Shown here in pieces: positions 1 to 6,663 of a stretch of DNA of 14,483 bases (positions are counted from its first letter, which is position 1; each line of letters starts with the position of its first letter). A model generated the notes under the pieces. It was not told the origin of the DNA. It worked only from the letters and a program-made list of their open reading frames with translations, and searched no databases. Made by a program: the position numbers and the translations under genes. This DNA is from Ostreococcus tauri. Its lineage: Eukaryota. The DNA lies in contig CAID01000014.2 in the NCBI GenBank assembly GCA_000214015.2, positions 59,578-74,060 on the forward strand, written 5' to 3'.

Positions 1-776
1 GCGCGGCGAGCGCGCGCGCCGTCGCGCGAGGCGCGTGGCCGGACGGGCGAGACGTCGAAGCCAATGTTTCGATTGAGGTTCGAGAGAAGGCGCTTGAGAC
101 GATGTTTCCGAAACCAGGAAATGCGTGTGAGGCCTTGAACGTGTTTTTCGACGGACAAAGGGAGAAAGAGCTCGCGGAGGACGACGCTATTTTCGCGAGA
201 CGCGGATTCGAGACGCTTCGAAAGTTGCGGGACGCGATGACGCGCGAGCGGCCCGAGGGAAGGCCCGCCGGTCTCTCCCACGTGTGGGACCCCTTACAGT
301 GCAGGGTGAGCCACGGATTGGCGCTCCCTCAAGGGGTGAGCGTGGACGACGTCGGTGAGTTAACGCGTCTCATGGAGCGTAGATATTTCGACGCGTTCAC
401 GCGCGCCGACGCCAAGCGCCTCATCGGGACCTCGCTTTTGCGAGAGATTGCGGACGAGATGACTCGCGAGTCTCCGGTAAAACTGACGTTGTACGCAGGA
501 CACGACTCGACCATCATAGCGCTCTTCGCCGCGCTCGACGAACCGGCGTTTGGGTCGCTTCGCGAGTGGCCGCGCGTGTGCAGCGCGTTGATCTTCGAGA
601 CGTGGCGTATGAACGACGATACCATCGGTGTCCGCGCCGTGTACAACGGCGAAACGATTAAATTAACGGAAACGTCCAGACGCGAGGACGGGATGACGCC
701 GTATGTAGATTTCAGGGCGCTCGTGGAGCGACGCTCACCTCGAGATTTTGTTTCCGCGTGCAAATCCAAACTCTAG
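1..776 (+). CDS. Histidine acid phosphatase family protein, C-terminal part (5' end lies off-window)
   Basis: Frame 3 is open from nt 3 to TAG 774-776, with no stop upstream of the ORF-track Met at 102, so the gene starts left of the window. LTLYAGHDSTIIALFAAL carries the C-terminal catalytic HD motif of branch-2 histidine phosphatases (acid phosphatase/phytase type). The N-terminal RHGxRxP motif would lie off-window. Confidence 0.7.
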   Translation, partial: AASARAVARGAWPDGRDVEANVSIEVREKALETMFPKPGNACEALNVFFDGQREKELAEDDAIFARRGFETLRKLRDAMTRERPEGRPAGLSHVWDPLQCRVSHGLALPQGVSVDDVGELTRLMERRYFDAFTRADAKRLIGTSLLREIADEMTRESPVKLTLYAGHDSTIIALFAALDEPAFGSLREWPRVCSALIFETWRMNDDTIGVRAVYNGETIKLTETSRREDGMTPYVDFRALVERRSPRDFVSACKSKL

Positions 777-828
777 GCATAATTATATTCACTCTAGGCA
801 CGCACCGGTAGGTAGTCTACGCTATAGT

Positions 829-833
829 TTACA
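829..833 (-). terminator. Candidate TGTAA poly(A) signal for RIO1
   Basis: The minus strand reads GTTGTAAAC, with TGTAA ending 9 nt downstream of the RIO1 stop (842-844). UGUAA is the known green-algal poly(A) signal (recalled, best documented in Chlamydomonas). Confidence 0.4.
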
Positions 834-841
834 ACAATGCT

Positions 842-2743
842 CTACTTCTTCGCCTTCTTTGTCTTCGCCTTCTTGACGTGCTTGGGGATCTTCGTCTTTC
901 GCTTCTCCGCGGCGGCGGCTTTCTGCGCCTTGGCCGCCGCCTTGCGAGCCGCCTTGGCGGCTTCCTTGTCGACGGGTTCCTTTCTGAAACGACGTTCCGG
1001 GTCGTCTTCGTCCCCGGACGCGTCTTCCCCATCTTCCATATCCACATCCTCGTCTGTTTCGTCATCGCCGTCCTCGGACTCCTCGTCCTCGTCCACGACC
1101 TCGAGACGCTTCGATATGAGCATCGGCGTCGTGCGCACGCCGCTCAAATCGTCCGCCATTCCGGTGATGGTTTGGTAATAAATCCCCTCGGACTCGCCGT
1201 CGCCCTGTTTCAGCCGACGCTGATCGCGCTCGAACGTGTCAACCTCGTCGAGTGCGCGCGGAATGAACGCCTGATGAAACACATTAGCGCGGATCTCCGC
1301 CTCGGCGGCGCGCTCGAGAAGCGTCGGATCGTTCATCGCCTCCTCTGGAATCGAGTCGGGATCGTGCGAGTTCAGCGCGTTCAACTGCGCGTTCACCTTT
1401 TTCAGCTCAACGGCGTGGGACTCCGCGGATTCGCTCAGAGCTTCCAAGACGGCCTCCATGTTTTCGTCGTTAATCGCAGGATCGACGACGAAATCAAAGA
1501 GTTCGCGAACCGTCGGCACCGCGACGTCGCGCTTGGCGAAAAACTGAATCACGTGAAGTAAGTCCTCGCGTAAGAACTCCAAGCACCTGGGGTGGTCTTG
1601 ATCGACGGATTGCGAAACGTCGATGATCCATATGTGTCCGTCGTGGAAGAGCAAGTTGTACTCGCTCAAGTCCGCGTGCACCAAGCGGCACTTTTGATAC
1701 ATCCAGCGCACGTCGACGATGAGCTCGGTGAAGAGCGAGCGCATCTTCTTAGTTGAAATCCCAGGCGCGGCGTCGCGCAAACGCGGCGCGGCGACGCCAT
1801 CGTCGGTCCCAATGAATTCCATCACCAACACGTGCGAGCGCAGCATCTCCACCTTTGGCACGCGCAAGCCGGACTCCTTGAGACGAATGAGGTTTCGCAT
1901 CTCCTTCTCCGCCCACGTCTGCACCATTTTCCTCGGATTCTTCTTACTGTACCCGTTTCTCCATCGCCAATCACCGCTGACGTATCGATCACGATCTTTA
2001 AAGACCAAGATCGAGGTCTTGTACACCTTCACCGCGAAGTCCACCGCGGGCGAATCCGGCGAAACTTTTCGCGCGTGATACACGTTTGCCTCTTTCCCGG
2101 TGGAGACGCACCCGTGAATCTCCGTAAACGTCTCCCTGCTCAGCATCTTGAAAAGGATCAGCATCGTTCGAGGATCCAACGCTTGCTCCACGGTCGCTCT
2201 ATCTTCTTTATCTTTATTCAGTGAAGCGTTCTTCGACTCTTTCCGCTGATGTTCCTTGAATGCGTTTCGCACTTTTTGCTCGCTCGCCGACGTTCCCGGA
2301 AGCGCCTTTTGCGCCTTATCCAAACGTCCCCCCACCGGTCGCTTCGACGACCCCGACGGAGTATTTTTCATCCGCACCCCCTCACCACCGTTCGGTCGTC
2401 CCGTCCACCGCCGACCGCCTCCGTTCGCCGCCCGCGTGAGCGCCCGCGCCGCCCCGCCCGGCGTCCCGCGCGTCGGTCCCCGTCCATCCCCCCGATGCGC
2501 CGCCACGTCGTCCAGCGCGTCCAGCGCATCGAGGGCATCACCGACGTCATCGACGTCGTCTTCGCTCGCCGTCCACCCGCGGTCGTCGTCCCACGCGTCG
2601 TCGTCGTCGTCGTCGTTTTCATCCGCCGCCGCCGCCGCGTCGACATCGCGCACGCGCAGCGAGCTCAGCGCGCCGTGTATCTCCTCCAGCGCCCGCGCGC
2701 GCGCGGCGGCGTCCGCGGCGTCGCGTTCGAGCTCGCGGTCCAT
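842..2743 (-). CDS. RIO1: RIO1-type atypical serine protein kinase (ribosome biogenesis), 633 aa
   Basis: RIO-domain motifs are present: STGKEANVYHA (nucleotide binding), LVHADLSEYNLL (catalytic loop) and IIDVSQSV (metal-binding loop). The N-terminal DDDDDDAWDDDRGW acidic/Trp patch and KDKEDRATVEQALDPRTMLILFKML match the layout of human RIOK1 as I remember it. Start set at ATG 2743-2741 (MDRELERD). The ORF-track start at 3226 lies antisense inside the conserved PRP4 CDS and encodes only Arg/Pro low complexity. Stop is TAG (842-844). The C-terminus has an acidic stretch followed by a Lys/Ala-rich tail. Confidence 0.9.
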   Translation of the reverse strand: MDRELERDAADAAARARALEEIHGALSSLRVRDVDAAAAADENDDDDDDAWDDDRGWTASEDDVDDVGDALDALDALDDVAAHRGDGRGPTRGTPGGAARALTRAANGGGRRWTGRPNGGEGVRMKNTPSGSSKRPVGGRLDKAQKALPGTSASEQKVRNAFKEHQRKESKNASLNKDKEDRATVEQALDPRTMLILFKMLSRETFTEIHGCVSTGKEANVYHARKVSPDSPAVDFAVKVYKTSILVFKDRDRYVSGDWRWRNGYSKKNPRKMVQTWAEKEMRNLIRLKESGLRVPKVEMLRSHVLVMEFIGTDDGVAAPRLRDAAPGISTKKMRSLFTELIVDVRWMYQKCRLVHADLSEYNLLFHDGHIWIIDVSQSVDQDHPRCLEFLREDLLHVIQFFAKRDVAVPTVRELFDFVVDPAINDENMEAVLEALSESAESHAVELKKVNAQLNALNSHDPDSIPEEAMNDPTLLERAAEAEIRANVFHQAFIPRALDEVDTFERDQRRLKQGDGESEGIYYQTITGMADDLSGVRTTPMLISKRLEVVDEDEESEDGDDETDEDVDMEDGEDASGDEDDPERRFRKEPVDKEAAKAARKAAAKAQKAAAAEKRKTKIPKHVKKAKTKKAKK

Positions 2744-2820
2744 CGTCGAGGCCGTCGACGCGTCGCGCGGTGGCGCCAGGGACGCGCGATGCGCTCGATG
2801 GCGATGAAAACCACGCCTCG
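2744..2820. promoter_or_regulatory. Head-to-head intergenic region, presumed bidirectional promoter (RIO1 / PRP4)
   Basis: Only 77 bp separate the RIO1 ATG (2743, minus) from the first PRP4 ATG (2821, plus); the gap is 149 bp if PRP4 starts at ATG 2893. No TATA-like element is visible and the region is GC-rich. Confidence 0.5.
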
Positions 2821-4296
2821 ATGGACCTCGATGCCGACATCTCTCGACGCCGACGCCGTCGACCGACGCGGTGCGCGACGACGGCGGCGGCGATGGTGGA
2901 CGCGGCGGACGACGCGTCGACGAGCGCGATGGCGCGCGCGGTGGCGCGGCGACGAGAGATTGTGGAGAAATTTGAGTCGAGACGAAAACTACGAGCGACG
3001 ACGGTGCCGACGAACGACGCGGCGACGCGGGCCGAGCTGCGCAGGCGCGGTGAGCCGGTGACGCTGTTCGGTGAGCGCGAGGGTGATCGGCGCGAGCGCC
3101 TGCGAGGGATCCTCGCGGCGTTGGACGCGGCGGACGGGGGCGAACTCGAACGCGGCGGCGCGGACGCGGAGGACGACGCCATGGACGCGGACGGCGCGCC
3201 GGAGCGAGGACGACAGAGGGAGACATTTTTTACCGAGGGTGTCAAGGGACTGCTGGAGTGTCGAGTGGCGATGGCGGAGTTTTCGCTGCCGCGCGCGGCG
3301 AAGCGCGTGCGAGAGGAACGGGTGAGAAACGCCGACGCGAGAGGTTTAGCGAAGACGCTGGACGCCATCGTCGCCTCCACCTCGGGATTCGCGGCGCAAT
3401 GCAGTGAGATTGGGGATGATACGCGGCCGATCGCGTGCGCGCGCGCGTTCGACGACGGGCGCAGGGCGGTGACGGGGAGTTGGAGCGGCGAGGCGCGTGT
3501 GTGGAAAATCGACGCGCCCACGGGACGGATGACGTCCGAGCTCGTCATCAGATGCACCGATCACAGAATCACGGGCGTGGACGCGGTCGCGAACGTGATC
3601 GCCACCGCGCACGCCGACGGGACTGCGGCGATTTGGAACGCGAACGATGGCTCTCGCGCGCGAGAGCTCAAGGGTCGACACGCCGCGCGGTGCGGAAATA
3701 TTGCCTTCCATCCGAGCGGAGCGCGATACGTCGCCACCGCCGGATTCGACGCGACGTGGCGACTGTGGAACGTCGAGACCGGGGACGAACTTCTGTGTCA
3801 GGAAGGTCACGCGAAGGAGGTGTACGACGTGGCGTTTCACCCCGACGGCGGCTTGGCGGCGAGCGTCGGTCTAGACGCCGTCGGTCGCGTGTGGGATCTG
3901 CGAATCGGTCGGGCGATCGGAAACCCGCTCAGGGGACACGTGAAACAAATCTTGAGTTGTGACTTCCATCCAAACGGCACGCACATCGTCACCGGAAGCG
4001 GCGACAACACGGCCAAGGCGTGGGATTTGAGACGCGCGAACGAGTGCGTGTACACGATGGCGAATCACGAAAACTTGATCAGTCAGGTTCGGTACGCACC
4101 AAACGGCGCCTTTTTACTCTCCGCGAGTTACGACGGCACCGTGAACGCGTACGACGCTCGAGATTTTTCGTTGAACAAAAAAATCGTCGTATGTACCGGT
4201 AGCGGCGCGACGAAAATCACGTGCTGCGACGTCGCCGCCGACGACGCCTTAATCATCGGCTGCTTCGATCGCACCGTGAAACTGTACACGAAGTAA
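2821..4296 (+). CDS. PRP4: U4/U6 small nuclear ribonucleoprotein PRP4 (WD40 repeat splicing factor), 491 aa
   Basis: VPTNDAATRAELRRRGEPVTLFGEREGDRRERLRGIL is the PRP4-specific SFM domain (compare human PRPF4 ...[26 protein letters not shown]). CSEIGDDTRPI follows, then multiple WD40 repeats (ARVWKI, AAIWNA, WRLWNV, GRVWDL, AKAWDL). The ORF-track start at 2770 is GTG. The first in-frame ATG is 2821 and the next is 2893. Stop is TAA 4294-4296. Confidence 0.9.
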   Translation: MDLDADISRRRRRRPTRCATTAAAMVDAADDASTSAMARAVARRREIVEKFESRRKLRATTVPTNDAATRAELRRRGEPVTLFGEREGDRRERLRGILAALDAADGGELERGGADAEDDAMDADGAPERGRQRETFFTEGVKGLLECRVAMAEFSLPRAAKRVREERVRNADARGLAKTLDAIVASTSGFAAQCSEIGDDTRPIACARAFDDGRRAVTGSWSGEARVWKIDAPTGRMTSELVIRCTDHRITGVDAVANVIATAHADGTAAIWNANDGSRARELKGRHAARCGNIAFHPSGARYVATAGFDATWRLWNVETGDELLCQEGHAKEVYDVAFHPDGGLAASVGLDAVGRVWDLRIGRAIGNPLRGHVKQILSCDFHPNGTHIVTGSGDNTAKAWDLRRANECVYTMANHENLISQVRYAPNGAFLLSASYDGTVNAYDARDFSLNKKIVVCTGSGATKITCCDVAADDALIIGCFDRTVKLYTK

Positions 4297-4498
4297 TACA
4301 TCGAGGTCGGGTCACCCGTGATCATAGTTAGTAATATAACCGCGCGTCATTATATATCGTACGCGCTCGAACGCGCCGTGCGACCCGACGCCGCGGGAGA
4401 AACATTTTTATATGTGCGCAAGATGCTACCAAATCACTTTACTCGCAAAACAACCACCGTTCACGTGCGCGCTATGCTCGCATGCGGTTTCTCGAGGG

Positions 4499-4587
4499 AA
4501 GCGGAGTTACCGCGACAGAGTCAGCGGTGGACGCGTGTGCGACGCTTGCTACAAGCGGAGTTACCGCGACAGAGTCAGCGGTGGACG
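4499..4587. repeat. Perfect 35-bp direct repeat, two copies, 19-bp spacer
   Basis: AAGCGGAGTTACCGCGACAGAGTCAGCGGTGGACG occurs at 4499-4533 and again, identically, at 4553-4587 (period 54 bp). The flanks and spacer are unrelated. Each copy contains GCGG..CCGC..GCGG, which allows two mutually exclusive 4-bp hairpins. Confidence 0.95.
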
Positions 4588-4595
4588 ATAACTTT

Positions 4596-4600
4596 TGTAA
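4596..4600 (+). terminator. Candidate TGTAA poly(A) signal, possibly for PRP4
   Basis: This is the first TGTAA on the plus strand after the PRP4 stop, about 300 nt downstream. It sits inside the 13-mer TTTTGTAATGGGT (4593-4605), which recurs on the minus strand just after the LSm3 stop. Confidence 0.3.
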
Positions 4601-4627
4601 TGGGTTTATTCTGATGATTATATGGTC

Positions 4628-4631
4628 AAAA
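4628..4631 (-). terminator. RNA polymerase III terminator (T4) of tRNA-Arg
   Basis: The minus strand reads ...CAGAATC-A-C-TTTT-G, so a run of four T begins 2 nt after the discriminator base. Confidence 0.6.
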
Positions 4632-4632
4632 G

Positions 4633-4754
4633 TGATTCTGCCAGGGATCGAACCTGGAATCTCCGGTTAACAACTCGAACGCTTCGTTCGACGGAACGTG
4701 TGTGGTCTCGGTCCATACCGTAGACCGGCGCCTTATCCATTGGGCCACAGAACC
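4633..4754 (-). tRNA. tRNA-Arg (anticodon ACG) with a 49-nt intron at the canonical 37/38 position
   Basis: Hand-folded from the minus strand.
- Acceptor stem GGTTCTG / CAGAATC (one G-U pair), discriminator A.
- U8 G9; D arm GCCC-AATGGATA-AGGC (3 bp plus a C13/A22 mismatch, as I recall for human tRNA-Arg-ACG).
- Anticodon stem CCGGT / ACCGG; loop CT-ACG-G|intron|A.
- Variable loop AGATT; T arm CCAGG-TTCGATC-CCTGG.
- A box TGGCCCAATGG at 4736-4747; B box GGTTCGATCCC at 4644-4654.
Exon 1 is 4718-4754 and exon 2 is 4633-4668. The mature length would be 73 nt. Confidence 0.85.
4669..4717 (-). other. tRNA intron (49 nt)
   Basis: Sequence: TATGGACCGAGACCACACACGTTCCGTCGAACGAAGCGTTCGAGTTGTT. The G at intron position -3 can pair with C32, the anticodon-intron pair used by the eukaryotic splicing endonuclease. 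CCGT is complementary to A34-G37. There is an internal 6-bp hairpin TCGAAC-GAAGC-GTTCGA. Confidence 0.75.
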
Positions 4755-4901
4755 GTGGATATATGCATACACTGGTGTTAATTTTCAACCCCAAAATCTC
4801 CCCGAAAAGATGTCGCAAAACTTACGGGTGTTCCCGGCGCCGGGCTCGAACCCTCGTCCCGTCCCCGTCCCCGCGCGTCTTCACGACCACGCGCGCGCGC
4901 G

Positions 4902-6599
4902 ATGGCGAACGGCGACGACGAGGACGTGGACGACGTCGACGTCGTCGCGTACGACCCGAATGACCCGCACGGCGACGGCCTGGATGATGATTTAATGGGT
5001 GACGAAGACGATCGCGCGCGATTACGCGCGATGACGGAGCTCGAGCGAGAGACGATGATGTTGGAGCGCTCGGAGCGACGCCGGGCGATCGAATCGCGAC
5101 GACGGATCATGGAGATGGCGGCGCGATCGAAGCGATCGGTGAGCGACCAACGCACGGGGGCGCGCACGGCGTTGGAAAAACTGGCGGAGGAACGATCGCG
5201 GAGGGAACGCAAGCGACGCGTCTTCGGCGACGACTCGGAGGAGGACGACGCGGAGGCGGCGGCGGAGTATTATTCCGACGACGACGCGCGCGTGGGGGAC
5301 GGGAAGATGGTGACGAAGAAACCGAAGCGGGGGGGGGCGTCGGAGGTGGTGGTGGATGAAGATGACGATTTCGATTCGTCGACGAAGAATCAACCCGCGA
5401 CCAAGGCGGAGATTGAATCGATCACGATTCGTCGGCATCAACTCGAGTCTTGGATCTCCGAGCCGTTTTTTGAATCCGCCGTCGTCGGATGCTTGACCCG
5501 AGTCGGGATTGGATTGAACAAACACGGTGAAAACGTCTATCGCCTCGTCGAGATCAGCGGCGTCGCCGAGGGTAAGTACAAGCAATATTCCTTAAAGCCG
5601 TACGCGTACGTCAAGGACAAGCCGCCGACGAACGTGTGGCTCGTCTTGAAGTGGGGCCAGAGCGAGAAGACGTTTAGAATCTCCGAGATTTCAAACTCGG
5701 CGACGCAAGACAACGAGTGGTCGCAGTGGGTGGCGCACTGTCGCGACGCCGGGTGTAAACCCATTACGAGCGAGGACGTTCAAAAGGCGCTCGAAAACTT
5801 GAGGGAGGCGCAAAACTACAGATACACCACGGACGACGTGACGAAAATCTTGGCTCAAAAGCGTGAGAGACTCGGTGGGGTTCGACACAATCTGTTGTTT
5901 GAGAAGGAACAGATTCGAACCGCGATCGCGCACGCCGAGGCGGAGGACGATTTCGCAAAGGCGGAGGAACTCAGAGGACGACTGGAGGAGATCGATCGCG
6001 AGGTCAAAGCGAGGCTCGAACAGCGATCGGGATCGACGCAAGACGCTCTGGCGAACATCAATCGTAAGAATGAGATTCAAAACTCGGAAAAGTTGTCCAA
6101 GCGTGCGTCCGAACAAGTCGCGCGCTTGAAGAAGGGATTGGCCAACACGGGCGAGGGCGATCCCTTCTCTCGCCGACCGACGCGTCTGACGACGTACTGG
6201 GACATGGGCGTGAAGGAGGACGGCGCTGAGGGGACGACGAAAGGAGATGAAAAAGAACAACAAGCGGCGGCGGCGGCTTCGACGGCGACGAACGCCGAAG
6301 ATGACGAAGATCACGACGATATTTTCCTCACCGCCGGCCAATCCGCCGGAGCGGCGGAGAAGGAGCTTTGCGACGTCCTTCAACAGGCGCACCGCGAGAC
6401 GTCGCTCGCGATCGATCTTCGTCGACTCGACGCACCGAGCGAAGCGGATACGTTCCGAGAAAAGTCCACGCGAGGTATCCTTCGACGAGGCGCAGCTCTG
6501 TTGAAATCGTCCTACGACGCCGCTCGCGCCGCCAAGCTCGCCGCGACGCCGACGTCTCGCGCCTTCACCGTCCAGGAGTACCTCGCCGAGTTCGCCTAG
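4902..6599 (+). CDS. RTF1: RTF1 homologue, Plus3-domain subunit of the Paf1 transcription elongation complex, 565 aa
   Basis: ITIRRHQLESWISEPFFESAVVGCLTRVGIGLNKHGENVYRLVEISGV matches the Plus3 domain (human RTF1 ...[29 protein letters not shown]...VYRVAEITGV). The N-terminus is acidic and contains the LRAMTELERE region. Downstream elements NINRKN and DPFSRRPT and the C-terminal tail resemble RTF1. Start is ATG 4902; stop is TAG 6597-6599. Confidence 0.85.
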   Translation: MANGDDEDVDDVDVVAYDPNDPHGDGLDDDLMGDEDDRARLRAMTELERETMMLERSERRRAIESRRRIMEMAARSKRSVSDQRTGARTALEKLAEERSRRERKRRVFGDDSEEDDAEAAAEYYSDDDARVGDGKMVTKKPKRGGASEVVVDEDDDFDSSTKNQPATKAEIESITIRRHQLESWISEPFFESAVVGCLTRVGIGLNKHGENVYRLVEISGVAEGKYKQYSLKPYAYVKDKPPTNVWLVLKWGQSEKTFRISEISNSATQDNEWSQWVAHCRDAGCKPITSEDVQKALENLREAQNYRYTTDDVTKILAQKRERLGGVRHNLLFEKEQIRTAIAHAEAEDDFAKAEELRGRLEEIDREVKARLEQRSGSTQDALANINRKNEIQNSEKLSKRASEQVARLKKGLANTGEGDPFSRRPTRLTTYWDMGVKEDGAEGTTKGDEKEQQAAAAASTATNAEDDEDHDDIFLTAGQSAGAAEKELCDVLQQAHRETSLAIDLRRLDAPSEADTFREKSTRGILRRGAALLKSSYDAARAAKLAATPTSRAFTVQEYLAEFA

Positions 6600-6603
6600 A
6601 GCG

Positions 6604-6608
6604 TGTAA
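6604..6608 (+). terminator. Candidate TGTAA poly(A) signal for RTF1
   Basis: TAG-AGCG-TGTAA-CAAAAAAATC: the motif begins 5 nt after the RTF1 stop codon. Confidence 0.45.
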
Positions 6609-6647
6609 CAAAAAAATCATTCGACTACCTAGAACACCGCGTACCCA

Positions 6648-6652
6648 TTACA
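6648..6652 (-). terminator. Candidate TGTAA poly(A) signal for LSm3
   Basis: The minus strand reads TGA-GGCGATGA-TTTTGTAATGGGT, so TGTAA starts 12 nt after the LSm3 stop. The 13-mer at 6643-6655 is identical to 4593-4605 on the plus strand. Confidence 0.45.
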
Positions 6653-6663
6653 AAATCATCGCC

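Noticed and set aside
770-800. The 10-bp direct repeat ACTCTAGGCA at 770-779 and 791-800, the first copy spanning the phosphatase stop codon
   Set aside because: It is too short to distinguish from chance or a trivial local duplication, and no function can be argued from the sequence alone.
2597-2614. (GTC)6 tract on the plus strand
   Set aside because: It is explained as the coding sequence of the poly-Asp patch (GAC codons) in the RIO1 N-terminal acidic region. It is not an independent element.
2744-3226. N-terminal 161 residues of the 794-aa ORF (842..3226, minus)
   Set aside because: This part is Arg/Pro/Ser low-complexity sequence lying antisense to the conserved PRP4 SFM domain. RIO1 homology, including the acidic DDDDDDAWDDD patch, begins after the internal ATG at 2743.
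2249-3557. Long ORFs 2249..3061 (+), 2256..2807 (+) and 2619..3557 (-)
   Set aside because: They are antisense or out of frame relative to RIO1 and PRP4. They translate to Arg/Pro/Ser/Ala low complexity, which is typical of stop-poor alternative frames in GC-rich DNA.
4499-4552. The 35-bp repeat unit as a tRNA 5' half or permuted tRNA piece (GCGGAGT-TA-CCGC-loop-GCGG-T-GGACG)
   Set aside because: Stem spacing mimics an acceptor and D arm, but the D loop lacks the invariant A14 and G18-G19. No matching anticodon arm, T arm or 3' acceptor strand can be found nearby.
4499-4587. The 35-bp repeat as a CRISPR array
   Set aside because: There are only two copies, the 19-bp spacer is far shorter than CRISPR spacers, there are no cas genes, and the context is a eukaryotic nuclear genome.
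4515-4618. snRNA/snoRNA-like motifs: ACAGAG in the repeat (U6-like) and CTGATGA at 4611-4617 (C/D-box-like)
   Set aside because: The surrounding sequence does not match U6. The C-box-like heptamer has no appropriately placed partner D box or terminal stem, and it abuts the tRNA trailer on the opposite strand.
4318-4670. ORFs 4318..4614 (+) and 4482..4670 (+) in the PRP4-tRNA spacer
   Set aside because: The first starts at GTG, and the second (ATG at 4482) runs into the tRNA gene. Codon composition is unlike the G/C-ending usage of neighbouring genes. The apparent internal peptide repeat (AELPRQSQRWT / SGVTATESAVD) is simply the translated 35-bp DNA repeat.
4841-4856. GGGCTCGAACCC (reverse complement GGGTTCGAGCCC) as the T arm of a second tRNA
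   Set aside because: A 5-bp T stem with a 7-nt loop cannot be formed, and no acceptor, D or anticodon arms flank it. It is most likely a GC-rich promoter-region hairpin.
5691-6620. 309-aa ORF antisense to RTF1
   Set aside because: It has Arg/Leu-rich low-complexity translation with no recognisable motif, and it is fully contained in the well-supported RTF1 CDS.
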